Shown piece after piece: positions 40,711 to 50,610 of a stretch of DNA of 64,000 nt. How positions within the stretch are numbered: position 1 is the first letter of the stretch; each line of letters starts with the position of its first letter. The notes below the pieces were generated by a model, which was not told where the DNA came from, searched no databases, and worked only from the letters and a program-made list of their open reading frames with translations. A program made the translations under genes and the position numbers. The stretch lies in contig NZ_JAHBZJ010000009.1 in NCBI RefSeq assembly GCF_019635455.1, forward strand, positions 98,349 through 162,348, given 5' to 3'. Origin of the DNA: Sphingomonas sp. (GTDB lineage: Bacteria; Pseudomonadota; Alphaproteobacteria; Sphingomonadales; Sphingomonadaceae).

Positions 40711-41573
40711 AGGCGGTTTTCGCCCTGGCGATCGCGCTTGCGGCCGGTGTCACGCCGGCATTCGCCAAGAAGGAGAAGGTCGTCTTCGTCGAGACGGCGG
40801 TGGTGAAGGATGCCCCCGCCGTCGCCCTGGATCCCGCCAAAGCCTATGTGATGGTGCGTTCCGACGCGGCGGTGCCGCTGCATCTGATGCGCGTGCCGAG
40901 TGCCGAGGACCAGCAGAGCTATGACCGGCTTCGTGGCGAGGCACTGGTTGAGGCGCGCGCGAAATATGTGAAGAAGCTGGCCGCATATGAACGCGACAAG
41001 GCGGCGTACGACAAGACGCCGAAGGGACAGCCGCGCCCCGAACTTCCGGTCAAGCCGGTCGAGCCGACCGAAGCGAACTTCGAATTCACGCCGTTCGGGC
41101 TGCTGACCGGGGTGTCGATCGGTCCGATGAACCGGTTCGCCAAGTCGAGCGAGGGCGAAAAGGTTTCGACCTATCTTCAGGCGATGACCCCCGGCACGTA
41201 TCGCGTCTACGGAATGATGAGCGTCATGCCGAACGGCGCCGTGTACGGCAACTGTTTCTGCATGGGGAGCATCAAGTTCGAGGCGAAGGCGGGCCAGATC
41301 ACCGACCTTGGCCGGTTCGGCGCGCGCGACGTGCCAGGGCGCGCGCCGGGAGACAGTTCGCAGCCGGCGCCGCCGGCGCTCGAGTTCAAACCGGCGGTCG
41401 CCGGAACGGGCGCCGACCCGCGGCTCGCCAACTATACGATCGTCCCCGCCGTCCTGCGCCCGGTCGGCAAATTGCCGAACTATTTCGGGCTGGCGATCGG
41501 CCGGTTTCCGGAAATCCCAGGCGTGATGCGGTATGACAGGGACCGGATCGTGGATCTGACTGCCGGCAACTGA
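40707..41573 (+). CDS. Secreted hypothetical protein, coupled to the upstream gene
   Basis: GTGA overlap; signal peptide VKAVFALAIALAAGVTPAFA; GTYRVYG and NCFCMGSIKF motifs. Confidence 0.72.
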   Translation: MKAVFALAIALAAGVTPAFAKKEKVVFVETAVVKDAPAVALDPAKAYVMVRSDAAVPLHLMRVPSAEDQQSYDRLRGEALVEARAKYVKKLAAYERDKAAYDKTPKGQPRPELPVKPVEPTEANFEFTPFGLLTGVSIGPMNRFAKSSEGEKVSTYLQAMTPGTYRVYGMMSVMPNGAVYGNCFCMGSIKFEAKAGQITDLGRFGARDVPGRAPGDSSQPAPPALEFKPAVAGTGADPRLANYTIVPAVLRPVGKLPNYFGLAIGRFPEIPGVMRYDRDRIVDLTAGN

Positions 41574-41577
41574 CCCC

Positions 41578-41763
41578 CTATGCCACCGGCTGGACCGGGG
41601 TTGCGGGCGGTTGCGTCCCCGGTTGCGGGGCGGGAACGTCGATATCGGGGGGTGGAGGCTGCACCTCCGGCGTGGCGGGGGCGGGCTGGCCTGGCTGTGG
41701 CGCGGGCGGCGCTTCGGGCGGTGGGACGGTCGGTTCGGCGGGGATGGGCGGTTCGACGGGCAT
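41578..41763 (-). CDS. Proline-rich micro-protein (61 aa)
   Basis: SD GAAGGAG before the ATG; MPVEPPIPAEPTVPPPEAPPAPQPGQPAPATPEVQPPPPDIDVPAPQPG... Confidence 0.6.
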   Translation of the reverse strand: MPVEPPIPAEPTVPPPEAPPAPQPGQPAPATPEVQPPPPDIDVPAPQPGTQPPATPVQPVA

Positions 41764-41908
41764 GGAAACTCCTTCACCCGGTCCAACGCGCCGGCGCGGC
41801 GACGGTTCATCGTTCGGTTGATCGGCATGCTGACGGTGCTGGGCGCGGCTGATCCGCCCTGCGCACGACCCGCCTGAAAATGTCCGAAGGGGCAGTGCGC
41901 ATCGCGGC

Positions 41909-41936
41909 TTGCCCCGGACCCCACCCTTGCTATAGA
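41909..41936 (+). promoter_or_regulatory. Sigma70-type promoter for tRNA-Leu-tig
   Basis: -35 TTGCCC and alphaproteobacterial-type -10 GCTATAGA about 30 bp upstream of the tRNA. Confidence 0.55.
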
Positions 41937-41964
41937 CGCGCCCGACCTGCGGTGTCCCATGAAT

Positions 41965-42049
41965 GCGGGCGTGGCGGAACTGGTAGACGCGCTGGATTTA
42001 GGTTCCAGTATCGCAAGATGTGGGGGTTCGAGTCCCTTCGCCCGCACCA
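41965..42049 (+). tRNA. tRNA-Leu (anticodon TAG)
   Basis: GCGGGCG/CGCCCGC acceptor stem plus ACCA, D-loop TGGTAGAC, anticodon arm CTGGA-ttTAGgt-TCCAG, long variable arm, GTTCGAGTC; 85 nt. Confidence 0.97.
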
Positions 42050-42119
42050 GTCCGCCGCCCGGCGCAAATGGGGACGCCGCGATCCCGATTCCACTTCCAG
42101 AGCAGGAAGCCCGATTGAA

Positions 42120-43718
42120 ATGCAGACTGTCGAGACGTTGAACGAAGGCCTCAAGCGCGCCTACACCCTGAAGATCACCGCCAAGGATATCGACAGCCGC
42201 GTCGATGCCGAGGTCAAGCGCGTCGCCCCGACGATCCGCATGCCCGGCTTTCGCCCCGGCAAGGTGCCGGCGAACCTGATCCGCAAGATGCACGGCGATG
42301 CGCTGACCCAGGATGCGCTCAACACGACGATTCAGGAAGGCGTGCAGAAGCTGCTCGCCGACCACAAGCTGCGCCCCGCGATGCAGCCCTCGGTCAGCCT
42401 GGACGGCGATTTCGAGCCGGGCAAGGACGCCGACGTCAAGGTCGAGCTGGAAGTGCTGCCCGACGTGCCGACCCCCTCGATCGAGGGGATCAAGCTGGAG
42501 CGGCTGGTGGTCCCGGTCGCCGATGACGCCATCGACAGCCAGCTCAAGCAGATCGCCGATCAGCAAAAGGCGTGGGAAGACGCCCCGGCCAAGCACAAGG
42601 CGAAGCAGGGCGACCAGGTCACGATGGACTTCGTCGGCAAGGTCGATGGCGTCGCGTTCGACGGCGGCACGGGCGAAGACATGGCGATCGAGATCGGATC
42701 GGGCCGGCTGATCCCGGGATTCGAGGACCAGCTGGTCGGCGTGAAGGCCGGCGACGAAACCCAGATCGAGGTCAATTTTCCCGAGGATTATGGTGTCGAT
42801 ACGCTGGCCGGCAAGCCGGCGACGTTCGACCTCAAGATCAAGTCGGTGAAGGTCGCCGGCGAGAGCAAGATCGATGAGGATTTCGCGAAGAATCTGGGGC
42901 TGGAGAGCCTCGATCAGCTGCGCGACATCCTGAAGGGCCAGCTTGAGAACGAGACCGGCGGGCTGACCCGCACCCATATGAAGCGCAAGCTGCTCGACCA
43001 GCTGGCCGCCGGCCATGACTTCCCGGTTCCGCCGTCGATGGTTGAGGCGGAGTTCAACCAGATCTGGTCGCAGCTCCAGCACGAGGCCAGCCACGAGGAA
43101 GACCCCGAGGCGGCGAAGAAGGAGCTGGAGACCGAGCGCGACGATTATCACGCGATCGCCGAGCGCCGCGTGCGCCTGGGCCTGTTGCTGTCGGAAATCG
43201 GACAGGCGAACGGCGTCGAGGTGACGCAGGCGGAAATGAACCGCCTGATCGCCCAGGCCGCCCAGCAATATCGCCCCGAGGACCAGCAGCGGTTCGTCCA
43301 GTATATCCAGCAGGAGCCGATGGCGGCTGCCCAGCTGCGCGCCCCGCTGTATGAGGACAAGGTCGTCGATTTCCTGTTCGACAAGGCCGAGGTGACCGAG
43401 CGCGAAGTCACGCGCGAGGAACTGGAAGCCGCGATCGAGAGCGAAGAGGGTGCGGTGCCGCACGTGCATGGCCCGGATTGCGACCATGACCACGACCACG
43501 ACCATAAGCCGGCCAAGAAGGCCAAGGCCAAGAAGGCGGACGAAGCGGTAGCGGACGCGCCGAAGCCGGCGAAGAAGCCCGCCGCCAAGAAGGACGACGC
43601 GAAGGCCGATGCTGCCGAAGCGCCGGCGAAGAAGGCCCCTGCAAAGAAGGCCGCGAAGGCCGACGATGCGGAGCCCGCACCGAAGAAGAAGGCCCCCGCC
43701 AAGAAGAAGGCGGACTGA
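42120..43718 (+). CDS. tig: Trigger factor with His/Cys-rich and PAKK-rich C-terminal extension
   Basis: MPGFRPGKVP ribosome-binding motif, FKBP domain (DFVGKVDGVAFDGG, LIPGFEDQL, FPEDY); tail HVHGPDCDHDHDHDH followed by AKK repeats. Confidence 0.97.
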   Translation: MQTVETLNEGLKRAYTLKITAKDIDSRVDAEVKRVAPTIRMPGFRPGKVPANLIRKMHGDALTQDALNTTIQEGVQKLLADHKLRPAMQPSVSLDGDFEPGKDADVKVELEVLPDVPTPSIEGIKLERLVVPVADDAIDSQLKQIADQQKAWEDAPAKHKAKQGDQVTMDFVGKVDGVAFDGGTGEDMAIEIGSGRLIPGFEDQLVGVKAGDETQIEVNFPEDYGVDTLAGKPATFDLKIKSVKVAGESKIDEDFAKNLGLESLDQLRDILKGQLENETGGLTRTHMKRKLLDQLAAGHDFPVPPSMVEAEFNQIWSQLQHEASHEEDPEAAKKELETERDDYHAIAERRVRLGLLLSEIGQANGVEVTQAEMNRLIAQAAQQYRPEDQQRFVQYIQQEPMAAAQLRAPLYEDKVVDFLFDKAEVTEREVTREELEAAIESEEGAVPHVHGPDCDHDHDHDHKPAKKAKAKKADEAVADAPKPAKKPAAKKDDAKADAAEAPAKKAPAKKAAKADDAEPAPKKKAPAKKKAD

Positions 43719-43787
43719 GGCCGCGCCGCCGCCGTCTCCCCGGTCGCGTGCCGGGGAACGCGGCGGGTCGCCGCTATGCGCGCCGCG

Positions 43788-43894
43788 CGTCGCCCCGGAC
43801 TTGTTCCGGGGGGCGGGGTGTCGCACACAGGGTGAAAGAGGCTCCCGCGTCGCGCTTGCCTCCCGGTGGAGCCCGGCGCCCGGCCGGGGGGACG
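43788..43894. repeat. Degenerate REP-like palindromic element
   Basis: CGTCGCCCCGGACTTGTTCCGGGG at the left end and GGAGCCCGGCGCCCGGCCGGGGGGACG at the right end; imperfect terminal inverted repeats with internal hairpins. Confidence 0.4.
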
Positions 43895-43910
43895 AAGTGG
43901 GGATGGGGAC

Positions 43911-44843
43911 TTGACCGCTGAACGCCCACGCATCGCAGTGATCCTGCCCTGTTATAATGAGGAAGCCGCGATCGCGCAGACGGTCGCGGCCTTTCGCGCC
44001 GCGCTCCCCGATGGCGCCATCTATGTCTATGACAATAACAGTCGTGACCGCACGGTCGCCGTCGCGCGGGATGCGGGCGCGATCGTTCGGACCGAACGGA
44101 TGCAGGGCAAGGGCAATGTCGTGCGCCGCATGTTCGCGGATGTTGAAGCCGACATTTATGTGATGGCCGATGGCGACGCCACCTACGACGCCGGCGCGGC
44201 GCCGGCGATGATCGAAAAGATGCTGGCGGACGGCCTGGACATGGTGGTCGGCACCCGCGTGCATGAGGCTGCCGAGGCGTATCGCCGGGGGCATGTTCTG
44301 GGCAACCGGGCGATGACCGGGCTGCTCGCCGGTCTGTTCGGGCGCAGCTTTACGGATATCTTTTCCGGCTATCGGGTATTTTCGCGGCGCTTCGTGAAGA
44401 GCTTTCCGGTGCTCTCCGCCGGGTTCGAGATCGAAACCGAAATCAGCGTCCACGCGCTCGAACTCAAGATGCCGGTGGGAGAGGTGGAGACGCGATATCT
44501 CGCCCGGATCGAGGGATCGGAATCGAAACTTTCGACCTATCGCGACGGATTGCGCATCGCCCGGACCATCCTGACGCTCTATCGCATCGAAAAGCCGCTG
44601 CTGTTTTTCGGTACGCTGGCGGCGATGCTCGCGGCGCTGGCGGTGGTCCTCGCGGTGCCGCTTGCGATCACCTATGCGCATACCGGGCTGGTGCCGCGCG
44701 TTCCGACGGCGATCCTGGCGACCGGGCTGGTGATCCTTTCGGCGCTCGGCCTGTTCGCCGGCCTGATCCTCGACACGGTCGTTCGCGGGCGTCGTGAGGT
44801 GCGCCGGCTCGCCTATCTGGCGCAGCCGGGGCCGCTGCGCTGA
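43911..44843 (+). CDS. Family 2 glycosyltransferase (polyprenol-phosphate glycosyltransferase, GtrB/DPM-like)
   Basis: VILPCYNEE, VYDNNSRD, QGKGNV, MADGDATY, SGYRVFSRRF, two C-terminal TM helices; TTG start inferred. Confidence 0.9.
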   Translation: MTAERPRIAVILPCYNEEAAIAQTVAAFRAALPDGAIYVYDNNSRDRTVAVARDAGAIVRTERMQGKGNVVRRMFADVEADIYVMADGDATYDAGAAPAMIEKMLADGLDMVVGTRVHEAAEAYRRGHVLGNRAMTGLLAGLFGRSFTDIFSGYRVFSRRFVKSFPVLSAGFEIETEISVHALELKMPVGEVETRYLARIEGSESKLSTYRDGLRIARTILTLYRIEKPLLFFGTLAAMLAALAVVLAVPLAITYAHTGLVPRVPTAILATGLVILSALGLFAGLILDTVVRGRREVRRLAYLAQPGPLR

Positions 44844-44850
44844 CGGCTGG

Positions 44851-45399
44851 TCAGGCCGCCATCCGCTCCAGCCGGATTCCCAGTTCCTCGCTCAAAAACT
44901 CCTCGATCGCCGCCTCGATCATCGTGCGGCTTTCGGCGTCGGGCGCCTCGACCCAGCCGCGGATGCGCAGCGTGCCGGGGACGGGCGCGACCCGCCAGCG
45001 GACGTCGCCATCCTCGACCGCGATCTCACCGTTGAAGCGGTGCGCGATGTCGAGCGAATCGAGTTTTGCCGACAATTGCGCCACCGCCTGACGCGAATCG
45101 AAGCCGGTACGGCCGTCAAAGGCGAATTCGAAATGATCGCGCTCGACCACCGGCGTCGATGCGCCCGTGGTCGAAGCCGTTGGCGCTGTTGCGGCAGCGG
45201 GCTGCGCACGCCGAAAAAGCGGGGCCATCGCCATGACGATCGCGGTCACCGGGATCAGCGCGATCGCCAGCACCATGGCAAGGCCGAACGCGACGTTGCT
45301 CGCGCCGCCGGCGACGAACAGCGGGGCGATGCTCAATATCGCCAGAATCGCGTAGATCGTCGCAAATTTCGTTCCCGTCCGCATCTTCCGGGGCATGCG
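44851..45399 (-). CDS. Hypothetical membrane protein (two N-terminal TM helices)
   Basis: FATIYAILAILSIAPLFVAGGASNVAFGLAMVLAIALIPVTAIVMAM followed by a soluble domain; start uncertain (45399 or 45435). Confidence 0.65.
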   Translation of the reverse strand, partial: RMPRKMRTGTKFATIYAILAILSIAPLFVAGGASNVAFGLAMVLAIALIPVTAIVMAMAPLFRRAQPAAATAPTASTTGASTPVVERDHFEFAFDGRTGFDSRQAVAQLSAKLDSLDIAHRFNGEIAVEDGDVRWRVAPVPGTLRIRGWVEAPDAESRTMIEAAIEEFLSEELGIRLERMAA

Positions 45400-45574
45400 C
45401 GCTTCCTTCGACTTGCCTAGCGTTGTCGCAACCATGACCGCAAACCCTTCATATTCGGTTTCGCGAGGGGCCGCGTTCCTAACCCTTTCCGTTCACCGCC
45501 TTCCCCCCTTGCGCCGGGCAGGCGGAGCGCCGAAATAGTCCCCGGGCAAAAACGAACGAACGAGATTCCCGAAC

Positions 45575-46231
45575 ATGCATCCCCTTTCCGGCCAAATGAC
45601 CGTCGATCCCGTCACCGGTGGCCTGGTCCCCATCGTCATCGAACAATCGAGCCGCGGCGAACGCAGCTTCGACATCTATTCGCGCCTGCTGCGCGAGCGG
45701 ATCGTGTTCGTGACCGGGCCGGTCGAGGACCATATGGCGTCGCTGATCACCGCGCAGCTACTGTTCCTCGAATCGGAGAACCCGAAGAAAGACATCTGGA
45801 TGTACATCAACTCGCCGGGCGGCGTGGTGACCGCCGGCATGGCGATCCACGATACGATGCAGTATATTCGTCCGCGCGTCGGCACGGTGTGCATCGGCCA
45901 GGCCGCGTCGATGGGCAGCTTCCTGCTCGCCGCCGGTGAGCCGGGCCTGCGCGTCGCGCTCACCAACGCGCGGATCATGATCCACCAGCCGTCGGGCGGG
46001 GCGCAGGGCATGGCCAGCGATATCGAGATCCAGGCCAAGGAAATCCTGCGCATCAAGCGCCGGATGAACGACCTGTATGTCAAATATACCGGCCAGCCGC
46101 TCGAAAAGATCGAGGCGGCGATGGATCGCGACACCTTCCTGGAGGCCGATGAAGCCAAGGCGTTCGGTCTGGTCGATGAAGTGTATGAAAAGCGCCCGCA
46201 ACCGGCTGACAGCGAGGGCGGGGCGGCTTAA
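45575..46231 (+). CDS. clpP: ATP-dependent Clp protease proteolytic subunit
   Basis: [28 protein letters not shown] (catalytic Ser), MIHQP, MDRDTFL. Confidence 0.99.
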   Translation: MHPLSGQMTVDPVTGGLVPIVIEQSSRGERSFDIYSRLLRERIVFVTGPVEDHMASLITAQLLFLESENPKKDIWMYINSPGGVVTAGMAIHDTMQYIRPRVGTVCIGQAASMGSFLLAAGEPGLRVALTNARIMIHQPSGGAQGMASDIEIQAKEILRIKRRMNDLYVKYTGQPLEKIEAAMDRDTFLEADEAKAFGLVDEVYEKRPQPADSEGGAA

Positions 46232-46338
46232 TCTGACGCTCACCCTTGATCGGTTAAGGGCGTTTATGGATTGCCGGGGCGATTCCCGGGTGTAGGATGC
46301 CGGGCTGCGTAACGGCCCGGCACGCAAAGGATGACTGA

Positions 46339-47607
<1,269 letters not shown>

Positions 47608-47629
47608 CGCGTCACCGCGTCAAACCCGA

Positions 47630-47664
47630 TAGCGGGCGTCGGGCAACCGGCGCCCGTTTTCGTT
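47630..47664 (+). terminator. Probable intrinsic terminator after clpX
   Basis: AGCGGGCGTCGG-gcaa-CCGGCGCCCGTTTT hairpin. Confidence 0.6.
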
Positions 47665-47808
47665 GGACCGGGGTGGGGAGCATCCGGTCGTGCGGCGTTT
47701 TTCGTCGAGGATGCTCGACCTTTCGACGTGGCCCGGGTTAGGCTGGCGGCACGGTTCACCTGAGGGAGTTTGCGCGTGGCGGAAGGCCGGGATCGAAAAG
47801 CGGCATCG

Positions 47809-48909
47809 ATGCCGGCAGCGGCACCGGCGGTTGCGCAAGCATTGCCGCGCTGGTCGCTCGCCTTTCCGGTTCTCGGCGTGCTGGCGGTCCTGCTCTCGCT
47901 CGCGAAGATGGGGCCGGGCGGGATCGCGGTTGCGGCGATCCTGCTCGGCGGGTGCGTGATCGCTGCGGTCCACCATGCCGAGGTGGTGGCGCACCGCGTG
48001 GGTGAGCCGTTCGGCACGCTGGTGCTTGCGGTATCGGTCACGGTGATCGAGGTGTCGCTGATCGTGTCATTGATGCTGTCCGATTCGGGCGACGCGTCGG
48101 CACTCGCGCGCGACACGGTGTTCGCCGCGATCATGATCATCCTCAATTTCATCGTCGGCCTGTGCCTGCTGGTCGGGGCGATGCGGCATCATGAGCAACG
48201 CTTCGTCCTGCGCGGGGTCAGCGCGGCGCTGTGCGTGCTGGCCGCGATGTCGGTGCTCTCGCTCGTACTGCCGAATTACACGTCGAGCGTTGCCGGCCCC
48301 TATTATGCGCCGTCCCAGCTCGCGTTCGTCGCGACGGTCTCGCTGGTGCTGTACGGTACGTTCGTGCTGGTTCAGGCGGTCCGGCACCGCCACTATTTCC
48401 TTCCGGACGGGGAGGGCGATCTTCCCGCCGACGCGCATGCCGCGCCGCCGACGGTGCGGGAGAGCTGGATCGCGTTCGGCTTTCTGCTCGTCGCACTGGT
48501 TGGGGTCGTGCTGCTGGCCAAGACGCTGGCGCCGGCACTCGAATCCGCGGTGCTCTCGGCCGGCCTGCCGATCGCGCTGGTCGGGGTGGCGATCGCCGGC
48601 CTCGTCCTCGCTCCGGAAAGCCTTGCGGCGGTCAAGGCGGCGCGGCGCAACCGGCTTCAGACCAGCCTCAACCTCGCGCTCGGATCGGCACTGGCCACGA
48701 TCGGCCTGACGATCCCGGCGGTCGCGGTGGTTTCGCTGATGCTCGGCCTGCCGCTGTCGCTGGGCGTCGATGCGAAGGGATTGACGCTGCTCGCGCTGTC
48801 GCTGCTGGTCGCGACGCTGTCGCTGGGGACCGGCCGGACGACGGTGTTGCAGGGCGTCGTCCACCTCGTGCTGTTCGCGGTCTATCTCTTCACGACGATC
48901 GTGCCATAG
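47809..48909 (+). CDS. Ca2+/H+ antiporter (ChaA/CaCA family)
   Basis: VHHAEVVAHRVGEPFGTLVLAVSVTVIEVSLI and LAPESLAA...NLALGSALATIGLT alpha-repeats. Confidence 0.9.
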   Translation: MPAAAPAVAQALPRWSLAFPVLGVLAVLLSLAKMGPGGIAVAAILLGGCVIAAVHHAEVVAHRVGEPFGTLVLAVSVTVIEVSLIVSLMLSDSGDASALARDTVFAAIMIILNFIVGLCLLVGAMRHHEQRFVLRGVSAALCVLAAMSVLSLVLPNYTSSVAGPYYAPSQLAFVATVSLVLYGTFVLVQAVRHRHYFLPDGEGDLPADAHAAPPTVRESWIAFGFLLVALVGVVLLAKTLAPALESAVLSAGLPIALVGVAIAGLVLAPESLAAVKAARRNRLQTSLNLALGSALATIGLTIPAVAVVSLMLGLPLSLGVDAKGLTLLALSLLVATLSLGTGRTTVLQGVVHLVLFAVYLFTTIVP

Positions 48910-49024
48910 GCAGCCATGCCCGGCATTTGCGGGATCGCGCTTCGTCGCTATGCCATCGGCACAATCCATCGAACGAGGTTCCGTTGACGCTTTTCCGCCC
49001 CTTCGTCACCCAGGATCGCTGCTG

Positions 49025-49957
49025 ATGCCATCAGGTCTCGTCGCATTGCTCGACGACGTTGCCGGGCTGACCCGGCTGGCGGCGGCGTCGATCGACGATG
49101 TCGGCGCGGCGGCCGGGCGTGCCGGGGGCAAGGCGGCCGGGGTGGTGATCGACGATGCGGCGGTCACCCCGGGATATGTGACGGGCCTGTCGCCGCAGCG
49201 CGAGCTGCCGATCATCTGGAAAATCACGCTCGGATCGCTCCGCAACAAGCTGTTGATCCTGCTGCCGGCCGCGCTGCTGCTCAGCTGGCTCGCGCCCTGG
49301 GCGATCACGCCGATCCTGATGTGCGGTGGCGCCTATCTGTCCTTTGAGGGGGCGGAAAAGATCGTCGAGGCGATCAGCGGCCATGGCGGGGAAAGGGCGG
49401 AAGAGGCGATCGGCGACCCCGCGCACCTCGAAGCGGCCAAGGTGACGGGCGCGATTCGCACCGACCTGATCCTGTCGGCAGAGATCATGGCGATCACGCT
49501 GGCCGATGTCGCGCAGGAGCCGTTGCTGACCCGCGCCGCGGTGCTCGCGCTGGTCGGGATCGCGCTGACGGTCGCGGTCTATGGGGTGGTCGCGCTGATC
49601 GTGAAGATGGACGATATCGGCCTGCACCTGGCGAAGCGCGACAGCCGGTTGGCGACGCGCGTCGGGCGGGCGCTGGTCAAGGGCATGCCGGTGGTGATGA
49701 ACGCCCTCAGCCGGATCGGCACGGTCGCGATGTTGTGGGTCGGCGGCGGCATCCTGCTGCACGGGGTGGAGGTGCTTGGCTGGCATTGGCCGGCGATGAC
49801 CGTTCATCATCTTGCCGATGCCGTCGGGGGCGGGATTGCGGGGTGGCTGGTCGGTGCGGTCTGCGCCGGGCTGGTCGGGCTGGCCGTCGGCGCGGTGCTG
49901 GTGCTTGCCCTCGCGCCGTTGCTCCACATGCGAGAGGGCGCTGCGGACCATGGCTGA
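49025..49957 (+). CDS. DUF808 (YedI-like) inner membrane protein
   Basis: LVALLDDVA, AGVVIDDAAVTP, RELPIIWKITLGSLRNK, GAIRTDLILSAEIM, IVKMDDIG. Confidence 0.9.
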   Translation: MPSGLVALLDDVAGLTRLAAASIDDVGAAAGRAGGKAAGVVIDDAAVTPGYVTGLSPQRELPIIWKITLGSLRNKLLILLPAALLLSWLAPWAITPILMCGGAYLSFEGAEKIVEAISGHGGERAEEAIGDPAHLEAAKVTGAIRTDLILSAEIMAITLADVAQEPLLTRAAVLALVGIALTVAVYGVVALIVKMDDIGLHLAKRDSRLATRVGRALVKGMPVVMNALSRIGTVAMLWVGGGILLHGVEVLGWHWPAMTVHHLADAVGGGIAGWLVGAVCAGLVGLAVGAVLVLALAPLLHMREGAADHG

Positions 49958-50534
49958 CATACGGCCGGCGCGCGACGTCGATCGCGAAGCGGTCGCGGCG
50001 ATGCTGGGGCGGGCATTTGCCGACGATCCCGCCTTTTCGTTCATTTTCCCCGATCCCGTCGAACGTGCGCGTCGTCTGCCACCGCTGTTCGCCACGTTTT
50101 TCGAACGGGATGCTACGGCCGGCATGCGGCTCATCGCGGAGGGATGCCGTGGCGCCACGCTGTGGCGCGCGCCGGGCCATGCGGTCGAGCCGGGCCGGAT
50201 CGGCCTGTCGGGCATCTGGCGCGCATGGCGGCTGCTGGGCGGCGCCCTGCCGCGCGGCAAGCGGGTGGGGGATGCGATCGACGCGCATTTTCCCGCCCAG
50301 CCCTTCTGGTATCTGCACGTCGCGGGGTGCGACCCGGCGGCCCAGGGCCAGGGGCTGGGCCGTCAGCTGATCCAGGCGGGGATCGATCGGACCGCCGGGC
50401 ATCCCATCTATCTGGAAACCGCGACGGAGCGGAATGTCGGCTTTTACCAGACGCTGGGATTTCGCGTCACCGGCCAGTGGTCGGTTCCCGGCGACGGCCC
50501 ATGTTTCTGGTCGATGCTTCGTCCACAGGATTAA
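49950..50534 (+). CDS. GNAT family N-acetyltransferase
   Basis: AFADDP, WYLHVAGCDPAAQGQGLGRQLI (acetyl-CoA motif), YLETATERNVGFYQTLGF. Confidence 0.9.
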   Translation: MADIRPARDVDREAVAAMLGRAFADDPAFSFIFPDPVERARRLPPLFATFFERDATAGMRLIAEGCRGATLWRAPGHAVEPGRIGLSGIWRAWRLLGGALPRGKRVGDAIDAHFPAQPFWYLHVAGCDPAAQGQGLGRQLIQAGIDRTAGHPIYLETATERNVGFYQTLGFRVTGQWSVPGDGPCFWSMLRPQD

Positions 50535-50610
50535 CCAGACCGCTTTCCGACCGCTTAACCGCCTTCGCGCAGAAGCGGCGTCGCGCCGTGTGGCACGAGG
50601 GAGGCAGGTT

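Noticed and set aside
40686-44681. Very long antisense ORFs (1331 aa here; also 12656-15010, 21367-23529, 34213-36492, 61786-63837 and others)
   Set aside because: They lie opposite well-supported genes and have Arg/Gly/Ala-rich shadow composition with no motifs; this is expected in high-GC DNA with strong codon bias.
45553-45574. GAAC repeats upstream of clpP as a LexA box
   Set aside because: The spacing is not N7, so it does not match GAAC-N7-GAAC.
46228-46257. TTAA motifs between clpP and clpX (and a single TTAA before hupB)
   Set aside because: No N7-spaced partner; one is simply the clpP stop codon context.
50531-50558. Two TTAACC half-sites and a GACCGCTT direct repeat before the GGDEF gene
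   Set aside because: The TTAA sites are 24 bp apart rather than 11, so this is not a full CtrA box; half-site regulation is possible but unsupported.
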